Notes under the pieces: model-generated
What the model saw: the letters and a program-made list of their open reading frames with translations, nothing else
What the model was told of the DNA's origin: nothing
The model's database searches: none
Program-made: the position numbers and the translations under genes
Assembly (NCBI GenBank): GCA_016934825.1
Contig: JAFGSB010000158.1
Coordinates: forward strand, 66,842 to 130,841
Direction: 5' to 3'
Origin: Candidatus Zhuqueibacterota bacterium
GTDB lineage: Bacteria; Zhuqueibacterota; Zhuqueibacteria; Residuimicrobiales; Krinioviventaceae
DNA: 64,000 nucleotides
Part shown: positions 21,101 to 30,900 of the stretch, one piece after another
Layout of the letters: each line of letters begins with the position of its first letter
Numbering within the stretch: position 1 is the first letter of the stretch

Positions 21101-21496
21101 AAGACAATTCATTCCGATTTTTATGGGCGCTATGTCCATTCCGCATATTATGTAAAGTCCGGCAATGGTTCCAAAGTGGTAACATGGAATGCCAATATTC
21201 CGGAGAGCGGCCAATATGATGTTTATTGTTATGCAAACACGATTCAGTTCCGGGGAGGACCGGGAAGAGGACGAGGAAGGGGAAGAGAAAGACAACCCAT
21301 GGCGGGCGAAATGCATTATGACGTATATCATGATGACGGTCAGGAAGAAGTGACGCTGGATATCCAATCGGCGCAGGAAGGATGGAATTTTTTAGGAACC
21401 TACTATTTGTCGGCAGGCACTGCCCAGGTCCGGTTATCGGATAAATCAAACGCACGAATGGTCGTTGCCGACGCTGTCAAGTGGGTAAAGCATTAA
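18143..21496 (+). CDS. ABC-2 family permease fused to a large M1-aminopeptidase-like extracytoplasmic domain (no HEXXH zinc motif found)
   Basis: N-terminal 300-aa multi-TM ABC-2-like region, then about 800 aa containing the M1-like segment LTYVLGDEQFNTYLTQYLDRNRFTSVDFLDFV. Two Gly/Arg-rich low-complexity inserts (GGGVRGRFMGGGGARG and GGPGRGRGRGRER). Confidence 0.7.
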   Translation: MTSLYNIWVVARYETKILFRSWFFRVLALIAIGILTFLNIIFFSGAVKDVPWVLRGVPSSIPYFNLMMLNTVQAVLTVFLASDFLKRDVKTNTTEVIYMRSMSNAEYVLGKTGGILNIFILLNLIILFIGAVINIAFSDIGFHFINYIVYFLLISIPTIIFITGFTYLIMIIIRNQPVTLVLMVGYISLSLIYLQHKANYIFDIVAFYLPLSYSDFVGFDQISIILLQRGMYLFIGLSFIFLTILFLKRLPQSKIMLRLAPVLSVIFMITAIYFCITSLGVYRSGQSLRTNMTALNDRYINEPAVSITDCTLDFEHLGDTFSCTANLKFTNRDSVPINSYIFSLNPGLQLDKVLQNQQQKEFERQYHIITIKPERPLNQGESDSLIFVYRGAPDDNACYLDIDEQKRSRSNYIVMYKAGKKFSFITPQYVLLTRENLWYPVPGVTHGSHLYTNIKKDFIRFKLNVKLKSDLQPVSQGSMDKMSDREFRFVPETPLPQISLIIGNYKKIFTTVDSIDYNLYTLPKHNFYSPYFTQIGDTLKSIISDAKREYETKLNLDYPFKRLSIIEVPVHYIAYDRLVSYHQENVQPALVLFPENGVSVQQVDFRAQIHRFERMERRMNQTIGEKEIQARLFNMFVNVFTGGVPMFNPNRNISVNLNIFPNYYTYKNVVYSRDWPVLNASLEAYLNSKLSESTPFFARNWQGILNEEKANLALKTSSLNEILSNPDNRDIVNDVLENKSEMLFKLLTYVLGDEQFNTYLTQYLDRNRFTSVDFLDFVSGVENKLNFNFYDFMQKWYGQIQMPGYYIANIQSYKVLDGNRTRYQIRFDVSNNEDIDGLITVNFRTRGGGVRGRFMGGGGARGESEPERIYYIQKMQTKQIGILLDSQPGAIMINSLVSLNLPSAIDRRFEEFDLNEKAVPFEGEKILEKPVMLSLPNEIIVDNEDEGFTVQAQDETSLLKKIFKMSNGDKEEYVGLNMWRVPNNWSKTIHSDFYGRYVHSAYYVKSGNGSKVVTWNANIPESGQYDVYCYANTIQFRGGPGRGRGRGRERQPMAGEMHYDVYHDDGQEEVTLDIQSAQEGWNFLGTYYLSAGTAQVRLSDKSNARMVVADAVKWVKH

Positions 21497-21504
21497 AAAT
21501 ATGA

Positions 21505-22983
21505 GTGAATATTATGAACGTGAGAAAAACTTTAATTTTATTTTATCTTGTCGGGTTATTTGGTTTAAAATCTTTTGCACAGCAAACTTTGACTCTTGAA
21601 GATGCATTACGTATCGCGATGGAAAACAGCCCGGATATAAAACGTTCCATGTTAAACCTGGAAAGAAGCAGGCAATCATTGAGAGCCCAGCAGGCCGCCC
21701 TGAAATCGAAATTCAGTTTATCCGTAACGCCATTTGATTTCACGCGAATCCGTCAATTCAATACATTTTTCAACACATGGAACACGAACGATTCAAAATC
21801 ATCATCAGGCAATCTCAGCGTAACACAGCCCATCAAGTGGACCGACGGCACGCTGAGTCTGATCAATAGATTCGAATGGCAGGACGCGTACAGTGAATAC
21901 AGTAATGAGCGTAATAAAACTTTTAACAATAATTTATATCTGAGTTATAATCAACCTTTATTTACATATAATCAAACCAGGCTTGACCTGCGGGAACTGG
22001 AACTGGATTTTGAGAACACCTATCTGAGTTACGCTTTACAGAAATTGGGCCTTGAGTACCAGGTTTCCTTAAACTTTTATAATGTATATAAAAATAAAAT
22101 GAGTTATCAAATCGCCGTCGAGGAATTTAATAACCAGGACCAGAGTCTTCAGATTATAAAGAACAAGGTTGACGCCGGTTTATCGGCAAAAGAAGAATTG
22201 TACCAGGCGGAATTGAATCTCGCCACCAGTAAATCAACCGTCCAGAATTCTCAGGTCACCCTGGAAAATTCACTGGACGAATTCAAGCGTCTGACCGGTA
22301 TTTCCTTAATGGAGGACATTGATGTGATCGCCGATGTTTCGCATCAACCGGTTAACGTCGATATTCAAAAAGCTTTGGATACGGGACTGGGAAAAAGAAT
22401 GGAACTGCAGCAAAGGAATATTGACATAGAAAATTCGCTGGCAAATCTCACCCGGACAAAGGCATATAATGAATTCAAGGGTGATTTAACGTTAACCTAT
22501 GGTATTATCGGCACCAATGAAGAATATGAACATATATATGATGAGGCAACCAGAAATCAAAAAGTGTCGTTATCGTTTGAGATCCCTTTATTTGATTGGG
22601 GAGAACGGAATGCCCGGATCAAGGCGGCGGAGGCTACATTGAATAATCAGCATTTGTCGATGGAAAATCAAAAAAATGATATTATTATCGGTGTCAGGCA
22701 GGCGGTCCGGGACCTGCAAAACCTTGAAGTGCAGATTGAAATCGCACGCCAGAACGTTTCAAACGCGCAACTGACCTATGAGATTAAACTGGAACAATAT
22801 AAAAACGGTGATCTGACCAGTATGGACCTGAATTTGTATCAAATTCAGTTATCGGACAGGAAAACCGGTCTGGTTAATGCCCTGATAAATTATAAACTGG
22901 CTTTATTAAATTTGAAAATTGAATCCATGTGGGATTTTGTAAGAAACGAACCGGTCATCCCGGATGTGAAAAGTTTGGATTAA
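21505..22983 (+). CDS. tolC: TolC-family outer-membrane efflux protein
   Basis: Signal peptide; two tandem OEP repeats with typical coiled-coil and LxxALxNN motifs. Confidence 0.85.
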   Translation: MNIMNVRKTLILFYLVGLFGLKSFAQQTLTLEDALRIAMENSPDIKRSMLNLERSRQSLRAQQAALKSKFSLSVTPFDFTRIRQFNTFFNTWNTNDSKSSSGNLSVTQPIKWTDGTLSLINRFEWQDAYSEYSNERNKTFNNNLYLSYNQPLFTYNQTRLDLRELELDFENTYLSYALQKLGLEYQVSLNFYNVYKNKMSYQIAVEEFNNQDQSLQIIKNKVDAGLSAKEELYQAELNLATSKSTVQNSQVTLENSLDEFKRLTGISLMEDIDVIADVSHQPVNVDIQKALDTGLGKRMELQQRNIDIENSLANLTRTKAYNEFKGDLTLTYGIIGTNEEYEHIYDEATRNQKVSLSFEIPLFDWGERNARIKAAEATLNNQHLSMENQKNDIIIGVRQAVRDLQNLEVQIEIARQNVSNAQLTYEIKLEQYKNGDLTSMDLNLYQIQLSDRKTGLVNALINYKLALLNLKIESMWDFVRNEPVIPDVKSLD

Positions 22984-23005
22984 AACAGTATAGAGGTGGA
23001 ATAAC

Positions 23006-23383
23006 TTGTTCAAAGTGTTACTTGTCGGTGCGGGAGGTTTCGTCGGTTCGGTTCTGCGCTATTCCATGAGCGGACTGGTGCATCGGATGTTGAAAAATGC
23101 GTGGTTTCCCTATGGAACTTTAACGGTAAATTTACTGGGTTGTTTTTTAATCGGTTTTTTCAATGGCCTGGCAGAATCAAAACAAATTTTTTATGCGGAA
23201 ACAAGGCTTGTATTATTTATCGGAGTTTTAGGCGGATTTACGACCTTTTCAACTTTTAGTTACGAGTCATTCAGCTTTTTGCGGGATGGACAGCTTGTAC
23301 CCGCTTTTTGGAATGTAATAATTCATGTGGTTTTTGGTTTGAGTGCGGTTTATTTTGGCGATTTTGTGTCACGTTTATTTTAG
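23006..23383 (+). CDS. crcB: Fluoride ion channel CrcB/FluC
   Basis: GAGGFVGSVLRY and GFNGLA...GGFTTFSTFS motifs of CrcB; 125 aa. Confidence 0.9.
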   Translation: MFKVLLVGAGGFVGSVLRYSMSGLVHRMLKNAWFPYGTLTVNLLGCFLIGFFNGLAESKQIFYAETRLVLFIGVLGGFTTFSTFSYESFSFLRDGQLVPAFWNVIIHVVFGLSAVYFGDFVSRLF

Positions 23384-23392
23384 GAGAGAACG

Positions 23393-23734
23393 ATGAAGCT
23401 ACCCGACCAGGGACATTTGTTACGTATATTTATCGGTGAGAGCGATAAACATGAACACATGCCCCTGTATGAATGGATTGTCCGAAAGGCCCGGGAATGT
23501 GGTCTTGCCGGCGCTACGGTTATCAGGGGACTGCAGGGTTTCGGTCCCACCAGCCGGGTGTACACAACTAAAATTCTGCGTTTATCGGAAGATCTGCCGA
23601 TCATTATCGAAATTGTCGACACCATAGAAAAAATAGATAACTTTTGGCCCGTCATTCAGGATGTTATTCCTGAAGGGCTGGTCACCATCGAAAAAGTCCA
23701 GATTAAATTCTATCGAGGCGGCAAAATCTCCTGA
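23393..23734 (+). CDS. DUF190 domain protein (P-II-like fold, crcB-associated)
   Basis: HLLRIFIGESDKHEHMPLYEWIV...GATVIRGLQGFG is typical of DUF190, which is often adjacent to crcB. Confidence 0.75.
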   Translation: MKLPDQGHLLRIFIGESDKHEHMPLYEWIVRKARECGLAGATVIRGLQGFGPTSRVYTTKILRLSEDLPIIIEIVDTIEKIDNFWPVIQDVIPEGLVTIEKVQIKFYRGGKIS

Positions 23735-23778
23735 CAATGTCAATTCATTTAACTTATATAGCAATGAGGTAAAAACCT

Positions 23779-24827
23779 TGAAAAAATTAATTTTATTACT
23801 GATAATCCTGATATTCTTTTTGGCTTGCAACAGACAGGATTCCAATGTTGACCTTCAGATTGCTATTCCCGTTTCGGTCGAAGAAATAAAATATAAGCCG
23901 ATTGAGGAATTTGTAACGGCAACCGGAACCGTATATGCAATTCAGGAAGTTGACCTGAAAGCGGAAACCCCGGGATTTTATCGTCTGGCTGAAAATAAAA
24001 CAACCGGGAGACCTTTTACTCTTGGTGAACAGATCAAAAAAGGTGAGATCATCATATACCTTGATAACCCCGAGCTGGAAAACAGCATAAAAATTGAATC
24101 CCAGAAGCTGAACCTGGACATATCGGAACGGGAATTCGAAAAGCAAAAATCTTTATATGAAAAGGGCGGCGTGACGCTGCGGGAATTAAAAAATGCCGAG
24201 ATAAGCTTTATCGACGCACAATATAACTATGAAAGCGCATTGTTACAGCTTGCCAAAACAAAAGTTATTGCACCTTTTGACGGTATTATTATTGATTTGC
24301 CTTATCACACGGAAGGGACACGTGTAACGACGGATTCGCGAATGGTTCAGCTTATGAATTATAAAAGATTATATTCGGAATTCAACTTGCCGGGGAAAGA
24401 CCTGCCGCAAATCAAGGCCGATCAGCGGGTCAGGGTCATGAATTATTCCGTGCCGGATGATACGCTGTGGGGAAAGGTGACCCAGGTCGCGCCGGCCTTT
24501 GATCCGGACAGCCGGTCTTTTAAAACGTCGATCGAAGTGGATAATTCGCAAATGATTTTCCGTCCGGGTATGTTTATCAAGGCCGAAATTATCGTCGCGC
24601 ATGAAGACAGCGCTATTGTTATACCCAAAGATATTATACTGGCACAGGGTGATGAAAAATGGGTATATACCGTTGTAAAGGGCGCCGCCGACCGACGCAG
24701 GATAACTACCGGTATTGAAAATCCCCTTGAGGTACAGGTTCTGGAGGGATTAAAAGTAGAAGAACGACTGGTTGTGAAAGGTTTTGAAACCTTACAGCGT
24801 AATTCCAAAGTAAAAATAATTCGATAA
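23779..24827 (+). CDS. Efflux RND periplasmic adaptor subunit (HlyD/MFP family) lipoprotein
   Basis: Lipobox FLACN; coiled-coil, barrel-sandwich and beta-barrel regions. The ORF track start (23661) overlaps DUF190, so an internal TTG at 23779 is the likely start. Confidence 0.8.
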
Positions 24828-24854
24828 TCATTTGAGAATTAGAAATTTTATTAT

Positions 24855-27800
24855 ATGGAAAATATTACAAAATTTTCGGTAAAGTATCCGGTAACGATTT
24901 TAATGCTGATATTGGCTGTGTTGTTACTGGGTTACATTTCATTTAAAAAACTGGGGATAGACCTGTTCCCGGATTTAAACAATCCCCGGATATTTGTTGA
25001 AATAAAAGCCGGAGAACGCCCCCCGGAGGAGATTGAAAAACAGTTTGTTGAAAATATCGAATCCCTGGCAATCCGGCAGCGTAACGCGATACAGGTTTCG
25101 TCGATATCCCGGGTCGGCTCGGCGCAAATTACCGTTGAATATACCTGGGAAACCGACATGGACGAGGCGTTTCTGGATTTGCAAAAAGCCCTGACCGGAT
25201 ACAGCCAGAACAGCGATATTGACAATATAAGTATTTCGCGGCATGATCCCAATTCGGCGCCGGTTATGCTGGTTGGTTTTTCGAATCCGCAGATTACCGA
25301 TATGGATGAATTGCGCCGGGTCGCTGAAAATTATATACGAAATGAATTGATCCGTCTGGAGGGAGTTGCCGAGGTAGAATTGCTGGGTTATGAAGTCAAA
25401 GAGGCCGTCATCGAAACAAACAATTATCTGCTTGAGGCTTATGGTTTAACAACAGATGAAGTGACAAACCGGGTTATGAATTTTAACCGTAATATGTCGG
25501 GCGGTTCAATCGAGGAGATGGGGCGAAAGTATATCATCAAGGGGGTCGGAGAAATAAAATCCCTGCAGGACATAGAAAATGTTATCGTGACTTATAAAAA
25601 TGCGGAACAAAATGTTTCCGCAGGCAATGAAGCGATATCTAAACGAATTCCGGTATTTTTAAAAGATATCGCGACGGTCAGATTAATAAACAAGGATCCG
25701 GAAAATATCATACATGTAAACGGCAACAGGTGTATGGCGCTGGCAATTTACAAAGAAACAAAGTACAATACGGTTAAAGCGTCAACAACCCTCCTGGATA
25801 AGCTAAATGAACTGAGAAAAGCCCTGCCCGGCTACGAATTGTTTGTTATCAGCAACCAGGGAGAGTTTATCACCAAATCGATAAACGAAGTCAAGCAAAC
25901 AGCGTTGATCGGGATTCTGCTGGCCGTGCTGGTGCTGTTCGTATTTTTACGCCGTATCGGGGTTACGGTTATTATCAGTCTTGCGATCCCGATTTCCGTG
26001 GTAGCTACATTTAATCTCTTGTATTTCAAAGGATTAACATTGAATATTATGACCCTGGGCGGACTCGCGCTCGGAGCGGGTATGCTGGTTGATAATGCCA
26101 TAATCGTCATGGAAAATATTTACCGGAACCTGGAAGAAGGAATGTCCTTAAAAGAAGCCGCCATTACCGGAACGGCGCGGGTGGGAGGGGCCATAACGGC
26201 TTCGACTTTGACGACAATTGTCGTTTTTTTACCCATTGTCTATTTGCATGGAACCGCTGGAGAATTATTCAAGGACCAGGCCTGGACGGTCGCTTTTTCT
26301 TTGTTATCGTCGCTGGTCGTGGCGATTCTGGTTATTCCGATGTTGAGTGTCTGGTTGTTGAAAAGGGAAGAAAATTATAAATATCAAACCATTACATTTC
26401 CAAAATACAGAACCTTTCTGGACAGAATGCTGAATAAATCGGGAATGATCATTCTGGGCGCGATAGCGCTCGTTATTATTGCAGTACTGCTTGTGCCTAT
26501 TGTGGGCAGCGAGTTTATCCCCAAAACGGATTCCGATGAGTTCTCAATTAATCTAAAACTGCCGGAAGGGACCGAATTAAGGCGCACGGAAAGTACCGTC
26601 AGGAATATTGAGGATATGGTCAAACAATTGTTTGGCGATAATATTTTAACGGTTTACAGTAAAATAGGACCGTCTGCAAGTCTTACCGGCATCGACAATG
26701 AGGCTTATGAGGATGAAAATACGGCAACCGTATTGATCAAGCTGGATAAAAACCGGAAAATCGGCAGCGAGGAGATTATTAACCGGCTGTCTTTATCTAT
26801 CGGCGCCATTCCCGATATTGAGGCGGAATTTATTCAGGAACAAACCGAACTGCAAACCACATTAGGGACGGATGCGGCTCCAATTGTGCTGGAAATAAAG
26901 GGGAACGACCTAAAGGTGATCCAGAATTTGACCGAACAGGCCGCTGAAAAACTGGAAAATATGAATGATTTATTCAATATTGCTACCAGTTTCGACGAAG
27001 GCCGGCCGGAAGTCGATGTGGTGATTGACAGGGTCCGGGCTGGATTATTAAATGTAAGCATCAATACGATAAGCGATCAGCTTACAAGCCAATTGGCCGG
27101 TCAGGAAGCCGGGCAATGGCAAAACGATGGAGAATTGCAGGATATAATCGTTAAATTGCCCAAAGTTGATATTAAGCAGTTATCGGGTATTACCCTTCAA
27201 TCCGGTGATCAGAAAATCAGCCTGGACGACGTGACGGATATAAGAATAACCCAGACAACCAATGAAATATACCGCAGGAACCAGACCCGGATCGGGAAGA
27301 TAACCGCTCATATCAGGTCGGATAAACCATTTGATTCTATCGTTAAGCGTATAGATGATGAAATGAGCACTATTACCTATCCACCCGACTACAAGTATGA
27401 AATTACCGGCGAAGAACTGAAAAGGAGGGAAGCGTTCGATAATTTGAAATTCGCGCTTTTATTATCGATCATTCTTGTGTATATGGTTATGGCGTCGCAA
27501 TTCGAATCGCTTGTTCATCCCTTTATTATTTTATTTACCATACCGCTGGCCGGAGTCGGTTCCGTGTTTCTGTTTTTTATATTGGGAAAAAGTTTTAATG
27601 TAATGGCATATATCGGAATCATCATGCTTGCGGGTATAGCGGTGAATGATTCGATTATTCTGATCGATGCGATAAACCAGTTAAAGAGCCAGGGACGGAA
27701 ACAGCGGGACGCGATCCTGACCGCCGCGCAGTGGAGAATTCGTCCCATTATTATGACCAGTTTGACCACCATTCTCGCGCTTTTTCCTCTGACCATCGGT

Positions 27801-27944
27801 TTCGGTGAGGGCGCTTCTTTACGCGCGCCGCTGGCGATGGCTGTTATCGGAGGTTTGATCAGTTCGACAATTCTGACATTAATTGTTATACCCTGTGTGT
27901 ATTGGCTGGTTGACAGATTAACTCATCCTGCTTTTGTTGACTAA
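24855..27944 (+). CDS. Efflux RND transporter permease (AcrB/HAE family)
   Basis: 1029 aa, 12-TM topology with two large periplasmic loops; conserved TM4 and TM10 regions. Confidence 0.9.
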   Translation: MENITKFSVKYPVTILMLILAVLLLGYISFKKLGIDLFPDLNNPRIFVEIKAGERPPEEIEKQFVENIESLAIRQRNAIQVSSISRVGSAQITVEYTWETDMDEAFLDLQKALTGYSQNSDIDNISISRHDPNSAPVMLVGFSNPQITDMDELRRVAENYIRNELIRLEGVAEVELLGYEVKEAVIETNNYLLEAYGLTTDEVTNRVMNFNRNMSGGSIEEMGRKYIIKGVGEIKSLQDIENVIVTYKNAEQNVSAGNEAISKRIPVFLKDIATVRLINKDPENIIHVNGNRCMALAIYKETKYNTVKASTTLLDKLNELRKALPGYELFVISNQGEFITKSINEVKQTALIGILLAVLVLFVFLRRIGVTVIISLAIPISVVATFNLLYFKGLTLNIMTLGGLALGAGMLVDNAIIVMENIYRNLEEGMSLKEAAITGTARVGGAITASTLTTIVVFLPIVYLHGTAGELFKDQAWTVAFSLLSSLVVAILVIPMLSVWLLKREENYKYQTITFPKYRTFLDRMLNKSGMIILGAIALVIIAVLLVPIVGSEFIPKTDSDEFSINLKLPEGTELRRTESTVRNIEDMVKQLFGDNILTVYSKIGPSASLTGIDNEAYEDENTATVLIKLDKNRKIGSEEIINRLSLSIGAIPDIEAEFIQEQTELQTTLGTDAAPIVLEIKGNDLKVIQNLTEQAAEKLENMNDLFNIATSFDEGRPEVDVVIDRVRAGLLNVSINTISDQLTSQLAGQEAGQWQNDGELQDIIVKLPKVDIKQLSGITLQSGDQKISLDDVTDIRITQTTNEIYRRNQTRIGKITAHIRSDKPFDSIVKRIDDEMSTITYPPDYKYEITGEELKRREAFDNLKFALLLSIILVYMVMASQFESLVHPFIILFTIPLAGVGSVFLFFILGKSFNVMAYIGIIMLAGIAVNDSIILIDAINQLKSQGRKQRDAILTAAQWRIRPIIMTSLTTILALFPLTIGFGEGASLRAPLAMAVIGGLISSTILTLIVIPCVYWLVDRLTHPAFVD

Positions 27945-30900
27945 AATTAGCGGACATATGAATTTTTTCGGATCTTTAATAAAACGTAAAGTTTTTATCA
28001 GTATGCTTTTTGTGGGGCTGTGCCTTTTGGGTATTGTCTCCTATAAACAGCTTCCGGTTGAATTATTCCCCAACGCCGAACTCCCTTTTTTAATAGTTCA
28101 GGTCAGTTCCGTCCAGGAAATGGACCCGGAGTATCTTGAAAAACAGGCCATTGTGCCCGTCGAAGGAGTTATTACAACACTGGACGGGATTGAAAAGATT
28201 GAATCATACGTGGAAAGACGCCGGGGGATTGTTTTTGTATATTTCAATCAGAAAACCAAAATTAAATATGCCTATTTAAAGCTCGAAGAAAAAATAAATT
28301 CGATCAAAGCGTCGCTTGGCGATGAATTTTTTGTAACGGTTTTTAAGGTCGATACGGATCAGATTGCCAATATGTTCATGACCCTGCAGGTCCGCGGCAG
28401 CGGCGGTTTGAACAGGGTGAGGGAGGTTATCGATCAAAAAGTGACCCCGGAGTTACAAAATATCGACGGCATCGCCAATGTGGAGATCTTTGGCGGACAG
28501 CAAAAATCAATTGAGATCATTCTGGATGAACAGGCATGCCGCGCCCATGGAATTACCCCCGCGACAATCCGTTCCATAATTTCAGGTAATAATAAATATA
28601 AATCATTTGCCGGTAAAGTATACAGTGAAGATAAATATTATTTTGTCAATGTTACGGCCGATTATGGAAATGTCGAAGATATTGAAAATATTATTGTGGA
28701 CAGCAACGGCCCGGTTTTTCTAAAAGATATCGCGGATGTGTATTTTGGCGTTAAAGAACAGACAACCATCAGCCGCGTTAACGGCAAGGAAGCCATAACC
28801 ATTCAACTCATAAGAGATACGCAGGTAAATCTGATTGATCTATCGCATAAAACAAAAAGGATTATCAAACAGTTAAATGAAAATCTGGCGCCGGATGATG
28901 TAGAAGTTGTGATTCAAAGTGATTCCGCCGAAATTGTGGAAAAAAATATTCATCTCATCATACAGCTTGCTCTGGTCGGCGGGTTGCTGGCCGTCGTCAT
29001 CCTCTGGATATTTTTACGTAACATGCGGCTGGTTTTGATCATTGCATTATCCATGCCTGTTTCCATTTTCACCGCATTTAATTTTTTCTATGCGTTCGGT
29101 ATAACCATCAATAGTCTGACCCTTGTCGGAATGGCGCTGGCAATCGGTATGCTGCTGGATAACAGCGTGGTGGTATTGGAAAATATATACCGAATCTTTG
29201 CCAATTACAAGAATCCCGATCAGGCGGTTGTCCAGGGAACCGGTGAGGTATGGCGGTCCATACTGGCAGCCACATTGACCACAATTACGGTTTTTCTCCC
29301 GTTTGCCTTTGCGTCCAACTTTTTAATCAAATTGCTTGGCCGTCATATCGGCGTATCCATTATTTCAACCCTCGGAGTTTCGCTTGTTATTGCATTTTTA
29401 CTCATCCCTATGGCCGCATATATAATTTTAAAGAATTTAAAAAAGGATTCTCCCGTTAATTTTCAATTCGTTTCGCATAATAACAGGCTGTTGCAAATTT
29501 ATAATGTTGTGTTAAAATCGTGCCTTCGTTTTCCCGCCAGAACGATAATCGGTACAATTTTTTTATTTTTTGTAAGTTTGATGATCTGTCTTGCCCTCAG
29601 TATAAATATACCTCGGGAAACGGAAGTTAAGGAATTTAATCTGTACTTGACCATGCCGCGCGGTTCAACCCTGGAATCGACCGATGCGGCAACGGCCGAA
29701 CTCGAAAAACTGCTGGAGAATATAAAGGAAAAAGATGAGATCATCAGCAAAATATATGAAGAGGAATCAATTGTAACCATAAAATTAAAGGATAATTATT
29801 ATAATATTGATAACCGGTCTATACCGCAAATCAAGGAAAAGTTAGAAAAAACCATTAATGATTTTCGCGTGGCGGATGTCAGTTTTGACCAGCCCCAGTC
29901 GGGAGGACGTTTCAGGGGCGGGGCGGGACAAAACCCGGGCCTCGGTCTCGAAAATCTGCTGGGTATCGGCAGCCAGAACGAGCGGGTTGTGATTAAGGGC
30001 AATGATTTCGAAAAGATGCGAAATATCGCTGATGATATTCGAGATTATATTGCCGATCTGACAACCGTTAGTAATACGAATATCAATATGTCCGACGACC
30101 GCCCGGAAATTCAATTGTTATTAGATAAACAATTATTAAGTCAATTCAATGTTTCGTTGAATGCCATCGCCGGCGAGTTATCAACATTTGAAAATGAGTT
30201 CTCATCTAATATTAAATTCAAACAGAATACCGAAGAATATGATATTATCATTAAAACCAATAATGAAAAACAAAAGTCTTTCGATGATCTGCAAAATATT
30301 CGTATCCCGTCTGAAACCGGCGGAGAATACGAACTGGACAACCTCAGCCGTATTATTTACTCGCAGGGCATTTCCGGGATCAATCGTGTCAACCAGGAAA
30401 AACAAATAGAAATTACCTATAGATTTATCAGCGAGGTAACCGCGTCAAAGGAGTATCTGAATTCGGCGAGAAGCGAAATCGACCAGATTATCGCGAATCT
30501 GAACCTGCCGTCCGGAATAGCCGTCGAGGTCATTCATGACAGCAGTGAACTGCAGGAATTTTATTTTTTGATTGGCGCTACGTTTATATTAATTTTTATG
30601 ATCCTCGCATCCGTTTTCGAATCATTATCGACGCCGTTTGTAATTATGTTTACCATTCCGCTGGCGGCGATTGGCTCCCTGTGGGCGCTGATCCTGACCG
30701 GGAACTCTATACTGAATGCCAACACGTTGATCGGATTTATTATTTTGCTGGGGGTTGTCGTGAATAACGGTATTATTTATATCGACTATACGCGAATATT
30801 GATCCGCAAAAAATATAAAAGGTCCCGCGCGTTAATGATGGCAGGACGGGCGCGGGTCCGGCCGATTTTGATCACCGCTATTACGACCATCATTGCCATG

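Noticed and set aside
18143-21496. Active M1 zinc aminopeptidase call for the ectodomain
   Set aside because: I could not find an HEXXH...E motif, so only M1-like fold similarity is claimed.
22984-23005. Looked for a fluoride (crcB-motif) riboswitch upstream of crcB
   Set aside because: The intergenic gap is only 22 nt, far too short for the ~60-80 nt aptamer; none is present here.
23661-23778. N-terminal extension of the MFP ORF given in the ORF track
   Set aside because: It overlaps the DUF190 gene and precedes the signal-peptide/lipobox region. An internal TTG start at about 23779 gives a normal lipoprotein N-terminus.
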